Positions 29,194-40,586 of a DNA stretch of 52,330 nt are shown here, piece by piece. How positions within the stretch are numbered: position 1 is the first letter of the stretch; the number at the start of each line of letters is the position of its first letter. The stretch spans positions 1 through 52,330 of the forward strand of contig JBFLGF010000192.1 of assembly GCA_050230475.1 (NCBI GenBank), given 5' to 3'. Source of the stretch: Ancylonema sp. (Eukaryota). The position numbers were made by a program, and so were the translations under genes. Below the pieces are notes generated by a model that was not told where the DNA came from, searched no databases, and saw only the letters and a program-made list of their open reading frames with translations.

Positions 29194-29533
29194 GTTGTGA
29201 TTCCGGGAGGACGGATGTCTTCTTTCTTGAGATGACAATTTCCCGCTTAGGGCATCATAGGAGGCCGAGGGCACCATGTAAACGACGTGGGCACATCGTG
29301 ACTATACGGAACGCAGACGCATGCAATCTGCAGCCATATTCTTTTAGAGCCCCATACTCAATTGCAGTATTCATGTAAATTTCATGGCTTCCATCTCCAA
29401 ATCCGGGTAGTAGCGTATTCTATCTTGCAACTAGGCTACAGCAGGGAGCCACGAAATGATTTACTTACAAGACTGGATTTCATTTTTTTTTCCCTCGAGA
29501 AATAGAGTATCAAAATTAACTGGCAAATGAACA

Positions 29534-32500
29534 ATGTTCGTGGTACATGATTCGGCCTCCGTTTTATCACATTACTTCGCACCCCAGCGCTTCACCTCCT
29601 GGCGGTTTGCACAGAAATACTCGGAACGCCTGCAATCAGGCAATACAGTACCCTTCTTCTCCCGGCCACGCACACGTGGGAAAGTGTCGTACTCACAGAG
29701 GGAGTCGCACGTGCCAAGGTCGATGACAGAAGATGCAGTGACGGTAGAGCATCCGAAGTTCATTTTCCATCTTGACGCCCGCGGCAAACCAGTCATTCAG
29801 CACAATGATGCGCTTGCGGATCGCCGATGGTCTCCTATGTAAGACAACATCCCCTTTTTGTAACCCGATGCTAATGAGGACCCTACTTTCGCAGCTCGTA
29901 TTCTGCAGCAGCATGTTTCGTTTCACGAAGAAACATCGAGACAGCGATCCAGCGTGTCTTCTTGAGGCGCACTGCATCTTGTCCTCATCTGAGCTCAGCG
30001 CGGTGGGCCCAGGCTCTGCACGCAGGTGTTCAACGATCGCGATTGGCACTCGGTCGCGGCTTTCTTCGCGCAACTGCCGCCCCTCTCCTCACTTACCCCC
30101 GAAGTGGTCACCCAATCAGAAACCGACAATGCCACCCGCCCTGCTGATACCACAACCCCGATCGAAAGCGCAACCTCTCGTCCCTTGACCAATGAGAGCG
30201 AGGAGTCGATTCATGCGAACAATGCCTCCTGTTCCGGACCTGCTTCGCACAACAAGGCGAATGGAGGCAAGTGGGATCGCGTGACGTGGCAGATTGAGGT
30301 CGCTTACAACGGCGCTGCTTTTGCTGGATGGCAGCGGTTGAAGGAGAACGGCCTGCCCACCGTCCAAGGGTGAGCCCTCTACCCAACCGTGGAACCTCTT
30401 CCTGGTACTCTCCTCCACTCTGATCGCCTTTTATACTTTCCAGTGTGTTGGAGTCCGCCCTTCTCTCCTTTGGTGCCTCCAAGTCTTCTTCCCCCTGTCC
30501 TGCACAGCTCACTGTGGCAGGAAGAACAGACAAGGTGAGGAAGGGGTAGAGGAGGGACACTGGGGGTACATGGGGGGGACGAGGAGGGGGTAGTGGGGAA
30601 TGGCCACAAAAAGAGTCTGAAGTGTAGTTGAGCACACAGGTGTGCTTCGTTTCCCACTGGATCCCTGTGTGTGTGTGCGTCTTCATTGGGCTCATTGTGT
30701 GTTGGCCTCCTTTTTTTTCCTTCTCCTGTTCAGGGCGTTCATGCTGCGCGCCAAGTCTGCGCTTTCCGTACGCATCCCTTTCCCTCAAAACTCTCTCTGT
30801 CAGGAAGGAGAAGAGAAAACGTAGAATAGAGAAGCGAAGCGAAGTAGAGCCCAAGTGGGATTGCCACCACTACCTGCCCACTATTCACCCATATACATTT
30901 CTTTCCATTCCAGCAATCATTTCTTTTCATGCCATTTCATGATTCATGAATCATGTCGTTTGGACTCTTCCAAAGACCCTCTCAGCCTGAGAGGGCCCTT
31001 CGTCAAATCCAGGACCGAATTACAGCCACCTAGAGCTAGAGCCACTTCCAGAGATACCTGCGAGGTACTGCTTCTAACTTCCCGCGCACCGTGGTGCGGT
31101 GGGAAACAGATACATGGAAACGTGGCGTCGACCCTGCCTCCATTGTTGCCGCTGTCAATTCTGCTTCCCCAGGAAATATAAAGGCGCTGTCGGCCAGGGA
31201 GGTATGTGAACGGAAGTGTACCTTCTTTGTGTTCCCATTCATCCCTCAACATGCCCACACAATCTACGCGCAAAGAAAGTGAGGGGCACGTGATGTGACG
31301 GTGCTAGGGATGTAGATCGACCTTCTCCTGGGTGGTCGGAAAAACTCTTTGTACAAGGAGGATGCACAACCCTTGAAATTTTTCCAACCCCCCTTGTAGG
31401 TTCCCAGAAGTTTCCATCCCGTGTTTTCAGCTTGTTGGCGTCGCTACCTCTATCTTCTGCCGCTGAACGAATTCGAGGGAGGGGAGGATGGGGTCTGGGG
31501 GCGCGATGTGTCCACGAATTGTCACCAAGAAACCCTCGCAGACCCACCAATAGATCTTCAACCGGACTTCTCCACCCAGTCAGGTCACCAAGATTCACAT
31601 GCAAGTCAAGCACAAGAAGGAGGAAAATATGAAGAAGAAGGCAAAGAAACGAAAGGAGTCGATCCCGCTCTTCCTCCAAATGTGTCTTCGCACGCTAGGG
31701 AGGCCGTGGGAGGAGGAGAAGAAGGTGGAGGTGCGTCCAAACGTTGCTCCATCCACGTGTCCACCGTGGATTCGCTCCTCCGTTCGTTGGAAAACGAGGT
31801 GTTGTGTTTCACTGCCATGGCGCGTGACACCAAGGCGGGGAGGAGCAGCGGGGCGGCCACGGTGTGCCACGTGTACAGGGCAAGGGCGCACATCGCACTC
31901 TTGCCGCTGGACACGGTAAAGTTCTGGACTTGGCATACGCAACTCGTATGTTTTGATTTGAAGAGTGGCAGTGAAAACGGTAGAACAACAAGGCGTGCAG
32001 GATTCAAACAAACAACTAAAAACAAAAGACAAAGGACTAAACAAATGAGAGAAGTTATGGAAGGAGACGATAGTCTGACGATAGGAACATCATTTGGCAC
32101 TCCTTCCTCCAATCCTCCCTAAAATCCCAAAGGCACTCTTACAAAGCCACTTACATCGACCGAATGAAATTTGGTTTTCACCGGCTAAGAATCACATTTC
32201 ACCACCATAGTACCCAGACGGGTCACTGCATTTTGCAGACGCGTCCAGAACACGTCCGCTAATGTCCGGACGCGTCCGTGTTGTCAATTGATTGGGATCA
32301 TAACTTTCATTGAAATCATTTTACTTGCTATTTATTTTTGTTGCGCATTGCATTTTCCTCTCACATATCTTGGACAAACATAGGATGACCATGATGTAAG
32401 AAACCTAGAAAAGCCACGAAATGTGTACTGTGTAAAAGTAAGTGTAAATGGGAGACCTTGCGTAATGTTTCTTACAACGAGCTTTGAACACGTGGATCCA

Positions 32501-33326
32501 TGTTGTCAAAGCTTTTAGTGTGCGGTAAGTTTTTTGTACATGTGGACGTGCACAGCTTCAATCGGAGGAGTTTGTGGTAATGTTCGTTTTAACGTTGTAC
32601 GTGTAAATCATTCGTTAGAAGCGGTTTAGAGTGATCTCTACAAGAATATAATGCAAGAATGATCAATCAATGCATACTACCTATCAAAGGAATATTTTTA
32701 AGAGGGGTTTTATTGCACACAAGAAACCCGTAATAACATTATTCTATATTTTTTTTGCTTATTTCTATCAAAGTTTCATGAGCTCATAATGGGGGAGTTT
32801 TAACGAGGAGAAAACACCCAAGAAAAAAGTGTCTCATAACCGAGTTTTTCCTACCGGGGTTTTGTTGTACTCTTAATCCCCTTAGCAGTCGACGGGTTGT
32901 ACCACGCGACAACGGGTGATGTGTGTGGAGCTCATCGCAAATCGATTCCTGCGAAGGGTGAGGGGAGATTGACCCTACGCCCTTTGGGGCTCAAGTGGGG
33001 AAGGGATGTATCAGTTGTCGTTACTTTGCGCATCTCAGATGTTTGTCTCTCGTCCATGATGCCTTCCCGCGGTGAGTGAAACAATTGAGGAAAATCCTAT
33101 GTGCTAAAGAGTCACTCCAACACTCTTCTTCCTGCAACAGATGGTACGCGTTCTGGTGGCCACAGCTATACGGGAAGCCGGGGCGGATGGGAGGGCGGGT
33201 GCACTTGAACGCTTGCTTGCACGTGGGGAGAGAAGGGCCACGGCTCCACCGATGCCCCCTCAAGGACTGTGTTTAGTGGAGGTTGGGTACTCGATAGAAC
33301 TTCCTCCACCAATTGGTGGAAATTGA
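29534..33326 (+). CDS. tRNA pseudouridine synthase, TruA family
   Basis: WQIEVAYNGAAFAGWQ...PTVQG (~30290-30370), catalytic VAGRTDK|GVHAARQV (~30510-30533, 30734-30767), FHPVFSACWRRYLY (31400-), VELIANRFLRR|MVRVLVAT (~32920-32957, 33141-), APPMPPQGLCLVEVGY. Start codon tentative. Confidence 0.93.
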
Positions 33327-35028
33327 GGGGAAAATAAAATAAAAAAATTGAAAGATTGTGATGCGGGCTATTAAACTTTCGTTTTGGTAGTGGGAAGGTA
33401 TGGGTGAGAGTTTAAACATATATGCACATAATAGATATACATGTATACAACCAATCTATTTAAATGTATACACACACTAATATACACTGTATGTACATAA
33501 ATTCTTCTACCTTACCACGGGGCGAGGCACACATATGATGATCATCCCCGTTAGAATATGTGAATCATTTGTGTAAATTAACCACCCTGCTCCAAACGAA
33601 AGACGGGTTGGCTTTGAGAAACACGGAAAACTTGGATGACATGAAAAACTCTCTATCTCGGTGTGTTGTCGTTATATATGGTGTCACTTTAAGGCATGCT
33701 TTCACGAATGAGGGAAGTTGTAGTACCGTATATGTACAATGGTTATCAAGTCGGAACATGGCATGACTGTGTTGATTCTTCTTATCGGGCACGACTCGAT
33801 TGTAAACACCATACGTTGAGAAGACTAAGCAAGGGGACCCATCGTTTCAATTCGAGAAAGGAGACTCGCATAGGAACTGGAAGGGTGAAGCTGAGCCCGC
33901 AGCGATAGATCCGATCGGTATCAAAAATCGATCGATTTCGCCCTCAACTACCCGCAATTTAACAGCGTAGTCACGAGATACAAAAATATTGCGACAATCG
34001 CACAAAATATCATAGTGGTCATATATTGGGTCTTTGTTTTAAGGGACCGCGGTTCGAAACTTGGAATTTTCGGACCACGATAAACCGCGCGGACCCATTT
34101 GTGAACGTTGAAGAAAACAAAACAAAAAATGCACCTGTCTCATGTATAGTCTACATCCGGCCCTATCACGAGATCGATCCATCAGATGATAACTGGGTAC
34201 CCTTTTGCAACGTGCCGACGGTGGAGAAGTGTGTGGAATACGGGCGATGAATTGATGCAAGAAGAGAAGAAGGCGATGTGGATGATGTCGTTCCTTGTCT
34301 ATTCTGCCTTTTTAAAAACGAAATTTCTTTTATCTATTGTAAACCAAGGCAACAATAATCAGATGTCAACTCGGCATGGCGTTCCGAGTTGAACCTTTTT
34401 TTTCCTTTTTTTCCCCGGCTTCTTGTTCTCGTTTTTGTCTAACTGGTTTTTATTTAGAAGATATTGCAACGTGCCCCAAAAACCACTCACACGCTTCCCC
34501 GGAAGTGAGACCATTTTTCGACCATTGAATTACACGCTTAAACTCGTACAAACGTTGAAAAGGGTAAATTTACGTGAGTTATTCATGAAAGGTAAATAAT
34601 TCACCATAATCTCTAACCACTGAACACATTGTTCACAAGAAGAACGTACTTGCCTTACATAAACCAATACTGACTTATATGCATAAACCCGACATATGAT
34701 TCCTAGCCGGCTCCAAAACTTTGGAGTTATATTTATGAATGGGGACCAGGGATCGGTTTGAAGACGGTTCAAGGTTCCCAAAGACAAAATATAAATTGTG
34801 AATAAGTTGGTCGTTCAATCGCGAATGACATTCGGCCAGTGGCCATCCGCGCGCGAGCGGATTGTATACCGCAACCATTATTTGATTGCCATGGCTTAGA
34901 CACCAAAATACGGCGATCATAGATATATCGAAACTTGGAAAGAAATCGGAAATAATTTTGCCGGTAGATTCGGAAGATTTTTTACTCCGCACTCGAAAAA
35001 AATCGGATAAATAATTTTCCAAACGAAC

Positions 35029-35555
35029 ACCGTAGTGGTCATAGACTAATAGTAGATGATGACCTGGGTATAAGAAAAATGAATTAGTCTATATAGGATC
35101 CAAAACTTGACCCGGGCAAATCAGGAATTCATTTCTAGTGACCCATTAACTTGACCCGGGCAAATGGGAATTAATTTGTCGTGACCTAGACCCACCACCC
35201 AAGAACAATAAAATACTCTTTGGGTCATCACTATTTATGACCAATACCGTAAGATACGCACGCCGTACCGCTCCAAGATCATTTACCGTACGAATACACT
35301 CGTACGGATAGGGTAGATTGGATTCAATCCGTTCGATTTGGTCAATCCGGCCGCTACCACACCACGATGGGAACACGGGCGACCGGGACCGAATCACGTA
35401 AACGTAGGAAACTACTAAAACCGCATATATAATCATGACCCACTCTTTAAAAAAAAAAAAAATGCGTGGTCTGGTGGGCAATAAGTAAAAACTAAATGAA
35501 CCGACCCACTCATTTCAATTTTTTTTTTCGGGTCATCATCTATGACCACTACGGT
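35029..35555. mobile_element. Non-autonomous TIR element with CCGTAGTGG ends
   Basis: Perfect 17-bp TIR ACCGTAGTGGTCATAGA / TCTATGACCACTACGGT; internal direct repeat AACTTGACCCGGGCAAAT twice; TA on the right flank. Confidence 0.8.
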
Positions 35556-36130
35556 AACGGATATAAATTAAGAGATGTTTTTTGTCTGAAAAATGTACCA
35601 AGTACCATTCACTCCCCGTCTTTTCACGTTTTTTTGCATTTGTAAACTTTTTGTGATTTGATTGGATTCATAGAATTATATAGTCGAACACATTATTGTC
35701 CATCTGTTGTCAAGAGAGGTTGCGATATATTATCTCAGATATTTCATCCGAGGTTGTGAATGTGAGGGACAGTGGGCGTCTGCAGCCACCACACAAGGCA
35801 TTTGTAGGGATGCTTCAACGACAATGAAGAAATTGAACTCTGGAAAAAAAAATGGCGCGGAAGCTTCACCAAAGAGGCACATCGAGTAGGAAAAGTCGAG
35901 GGACGTGATTTAGAGCATCTCTTAGTGACGCCGGGCCCAACACCGGCCGTACAGAACTTGAAATCAGGCAGCTTGATTTGCGTCAAGAAGTACAATTTTT
36001 GACGTCACGTTTCGCGAATCAAGCCAGTCGAATCGGGCGAACCATAAGAGATACTCTCTTTTAGCTTGATTGAATGATCGATCGATTGATTTATTTCTTT
36101 TAGCTCGAGGCCGAGCTAGTTGTGGCGAAC

Positions 36131-36279
36131 GTATGAGCGTAAGATCATGCGCTCATGAGCGCAAGATCGTGCGCTCATGAGCGCATAAATTCAGGCACGG
36201 TCCTAGATCGCTGATGAGCTCATTTACACTCATGAGCGTAAATCTGCGCTCATATGTCATCTGCGCTCGCCGATCACTT
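36131..36279. mobile_element. Right-end fragment of the TGAGCGCA-repeat hAT-like family (cf. 46421-48726)
   Basis: Clustered ATGAGCGCA/GCGCTCAT motifs ending in CTGCGCTCGCCGATC, the same as the right TIR at 48708-48722. Confidence 0.75.
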
Positions 36280-36677
36280 GGGCGGCCAACCCCCTGAGCA
36301 TCCCCCTGAGCATCAGGACTACTGCTGCAGGAGTACGGCAAGGCCTGAACAGGTGGAAGGGCAAGCTACGTCGGCTGCGATTTAGAGTCGTTCGTCTACA
36401 AAAACCACTGGGCTGTGAAAAGAATTGAAAATGATGATCGCTTTAACGAAATCTACCTCACCGGCACTTCATCCATTGGTGCAGAGTGAGATAGGTGATT
36501 GCCGATAGATGCAGTTCATTAGTCACATTCCAGTTATTGGAGATGGAGGATCACATTCATAACGGCGCGGAGAGAATACTCGATGAAACATGTGTATGAC
36601 GACCGCTCGATAGCTCGTGCGCTACTTTTATTGAGTATCCACAAAAAAAAATCGACTCATCACTCTCCCCTAGCTTC

Positions 36678-38640
36678 ATGCATCGCGTGCCATCTGGGCA
36701 GATGACAGGGTCGCACCGTATTCTGTTTCGAAACATCATTCTCGTACTGCTTCTCGCCATGACTTTTTTTTGCGCCTTGACTTTATACAACGGGATGACA
36801 GTGCGCCCTGGTTCGTCCCCTTGCGCCTGCGATCTACCTCACACAACAAATCTCTCCGCACCTGCCCTTCTTCCCGCCTCTGGCCTCAATCTTGAACCAG
36901 ATCCCCAGTCCCTGCCAAAACCACAACTCGAATCCAGACCACACACCCCATCCATCTCTGACACCTTCATTGTGTTCGAGCTGTACTACTCCCAAGAAGC
37001 ACACCCCGCTCTTCTCAACGAACCCCCTTTCCAGCCCTACTGCGTTTCTCCCAACGCCACCCGCCCGGATTCCCATGACATCGACGGTTCCAAACTCCTC
37101 CCCCTTCTCGCCGACCCCTCCTGGCAGAGCTTGACGTGTGAATACGGGGCCGTTGTCGGGGTCGCCAACCACATGAGGGAGGTGGTGGGAACTGCGTCTT
37201 GGATCGGGTTCCAGAGTTGGAGGGCGGCCCAAAAGCACTCCAACCTCTCCCCCCTCGCCCTGACAATTGTGGTGGCAGATATGAGGGCAAGGGAGGCGTC
37301 CGGGTACACCAATGTGCTCTACTTCTGGAGTGATTTCCCCACATCCGGACTATATGAGAGTTGTGACTGGTTCGTGGCTCTCCCTCCCTCCATAAGGGGA
37401 ATCTTTTGGGAGAGGTTTCTGTGTGCTATTCGGATCTTGCAATGTATGAAATGTAAATGGTGTCCGCATAATGTATGTATATGCATATGCATGTATTTAC
37501 GTGTGCATGTATTAACGAATAAACTGATGTATGTGGTTATGTATTTATATTTTGTTGCTTTCATGAATCCGTACCTTCGTTTGTATGTGTGCATGTACAC
37601 GTGTGTCTCCATGTGTGTGAAGGGAATGAATGGTTGCTTCAAGTCACCAAAAGGTTCATTGTCTGTACTTCGTACATCATTTTTGAAGGGGAACAAATCA
37701 ACTCTCGACCAAGCTATTCATTACTATTAGTTGTAAAAATAATGACATGGCTTCCGATATAACACTCAAAGGTTGCTTTCATAATCTGGGTTGACCGCCA
37801 AGGCATTCAGCTCACATCAAGTCAACGGGAGGTTGTACAAGAGGGCTTGATACCATGCTTTTATACTGTGGTGATCTTGTTATGCATCAAGGTATATTTT
37901 AGTCCGTAAAACTTAATAAGTTAAGTGTGTCTTCACATGCGCTAGTGATGGAGACTAGTTGTGAACCGCCATCCCCCAAAATGTCCCAAAGAAATCTTAT
38001 TTGCTTGCGTGGCACGCCACTTTGCGGCTACCGTCATACATCGTTGAAATGTTGGTTGCTTTCACCTATGTTTTTTGTGGTGATTAGGTACCACACGCAT
38101 TGCTCCAAGACTTACTCCCTCGCATTCCGGTCTCTCTTTCAAAACAACACAGCACCGTTTCAAGTAGTTCCGGACCATCGAGTGGCGGATACGATTACGG
38201 AATTCCTTCCCCCCGTGCACTTCCACGAGGGCGACCGACAGTCAATGTTTAGTTATTGGGCACTACATGAGACGCAGTTCAAACAGTATGTGAACTTTGC
38301 GCGAATGTTTTTGGTTGCTATTGAGGGCACGTTCAATGTTAGGGATGACCTCAATAATTGCCCGCTATTGTTTGAGAGAGTGCCCGAGTACTCTCCCAAG
38401 CTTTGTTGGTGTTTTATGATGGAGAGGTTGATCAATATTTGGGCGAAGTATACGGGAGTTCGGTCGTTGTATCTTCAGAGCCAGAGTGGGGAGATCACAG
38501 AAATGGGGGCACTTGATGAGTATGCTGGTGAGCATAGGTGGTTGGAGTTGTTCGGGTCAAAAAATATGGAACGATTGCAAATTGAGTTTCAAACAAGATT
38601 GACTCCAAAGGGGCTCGAACTTTATGAAGCGTTAATGTAA
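36678..38640 (+). CDS. Type II membrane protein with DUF4422-like (putative GT111-like glycosyltransferase) domain
   Basis: Two exons, 36678-37369 and 38088-38640 (phase 2, ...SCDW|YHTHC...). Short N-tail, TM helix IILVLLLAMTFFCALTLY, Pro-rich stem, then LTCEYGAV, WIGFQSWR, YWALHETQFKQYVNFARMFL, CFMMERLINIW. Confidence 0.75.
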
Positions 38641-39217
38641 GTTATTTCCTCCAGAGATTGACTCTAGATAAACGTGTATACACTTTTGTCAGAACAATCC
38701 AAACATGCTTCGCCATTTGTCCGTATGGTCACACTGCGGACCGGAATCCGTTCCTTGAGGCCACAAAATTAAACCGGATGTTTGAGGTCATATCTGTTTA
38801 TGGGGGTCCTAAGAGGTTTTCCGGAAATCCCCGGAAATATTCATGTCACGGATGTTTCCTGTATTTTGGATTGCAAATGAATGTCACAAAAAGCTAGTTC
38901 ACAGCGAATGTGTATATGTGTAGTTCAACATTTTACTTAAAGAAAGAAAGAAAGAAAAAAAAAACATTCTTTTTCATTGCAGAAAAAATGACAGAGAAAT
39001 CAACCACAAAGTTCCCCGGTCCCACCAAATCCCGTAAAACACCACTTTTTACCTATATGAAGCTTGTAGGGAGGCTTGGTAACATTAATGAATGGCATGT
39101 GTAAAGTAAGATTTGATCTATCCTGCCTATATTTCGGAGCGTGCAGATGTGTTTCATCGAAGGCGTTCAAATGTGGAGAAATTCGGTATATATCGTGTTA
39201 TATATCTTTTGTGCGTA

Positions 39218-39453
39218 CCGTAGTGGCCACACATAATGACCCTCAAATAATTATGAAAAGGGTGGGTCGGGTAAAATTAAATAATTCGATTTTTGAAAAA
39301 AGTGGGTCATTCTATAATGTGGGTCACCAGATAATAAACATTTTCCAAGATTTTGGAAAATTTTATATTGGGTGCGCGGGTTGGGTCAAGTGTTGATTTC
39401 TTGGCTAAATTAATTCGTTTTTTAAAACCCAGGTCATTATGTATGGCCACTAC
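39218..39453. mobile_element. MITE with CCGTAGTGGCCA-type TIRs
   Basis: TA|CCGTAGTGGCCACACATAATGACC ... GGTCATTATGTATGGCCACTAC (22-bp TIR, 1 mismatch); interior homologous to the arms of the foldback at 50950-51578. Confidence 0.8.
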
Positions 39454-39839
39454 CATAGATGGGTCAGCACCGTGCGCAAGATTTGCGCACGCGTGCCGGG
39501 ACAATTTCCGTAATCGACTTTCGGACGTCGAAATTTGACGAAGTAGTGAGTACTGACCATTTTGCACTGTAAGTAGTTCGATATAACGTCGTAGGCCCTA
39601 AATTGAATACTGCCACGTTTTAACCGGTTCACCAAATATATTTCATGAATTTGGAAACATCCCGGCACCCCTGGGGTGTAGGAAGTACCCCCCCCCCCCC
39701 CCCGGGTAATAATAATAAGTTTAACGCCTATGGGTCAGCACCGTGCGCGAGATTTGCGCACGCGGCACGCGTGCGCAAGCGCACGCATGCGAAACTTGTG
39801 CGGGACGCGCACTTCAAAGACCCATCTATGGCCACTACG
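39453..39839. mobile_element. Second related MITE fused to the first, left end truncated
   Basis: CCATAGATGGGTC ... GACCCATCTATGGCCACTACG inverted ends; ~35-bp direct repeat ATGGGTCAGCACCGTGCGC(A/G)AGATTTGCGCACGCG at ~39459 and ~39729. Confidence 0.7.
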
Positions 39840-40586
39840 ACCGACTCCCAGCCGATATCCTACCGTCCGGAATCCCGCCCGGCTCCCTGCCCAGAAACCC
39901 CCCTGCGCAGGCAACGGCACTGAGTGGCCCACAAAGACCGCCCCCAACTTCGGATACATCTCGAGCCGGCACGGCAGGATCTCATTGGCGGATGTTCACG
40001 TGGGTAGCTTGGACGCACGTGCAACTCGCTTCCTCCTCTCCAATCACACCAGGCCACCAAGCCTTTTCACGGTTGGACGGGTCGGGCTCTCGCGTGCTAG
40101 ACTGCATCTCACAGAGAATTGGCTGGGACATGCTGTGGTGTCGGTTTCTGAAGCGTCTTTCTGGCACCGAGAGTCTTGCGCGAGGGGTGTCCCGAACATG
40201 TCGTTATGTACAGGAGATGATGTGTGACGCTCGTTTCCTGCACGGGTGACTCGATGCCTCCACCTGATGCCGCAATATTGTGTCCTACTATTCAGCTGGC
40301 GATGAAAGCAGCTCCGCTGACGCATTCGCGCTGAAATACTGCATCGGGGCTATGGAGGTGAGCACCTGTCAGCGAATGGGATCGCATTGAGGTCGTGTGA
40401 TTGAATGAACAAGCTTATGTTTGCTGCTACATTTCTAACGTGACATATTTGTGAGCCGATTCAGACTAGTGGGTCAATTTTTTAATCGATCTTCGTGAAT
40501 CCACATTGGGCTGAGTCGTGCTGACGTCACCCAGCCTTGACCAACCTATTATCCCTCTATCGTTGCCTTCCCAGCGTGACTTGTCG

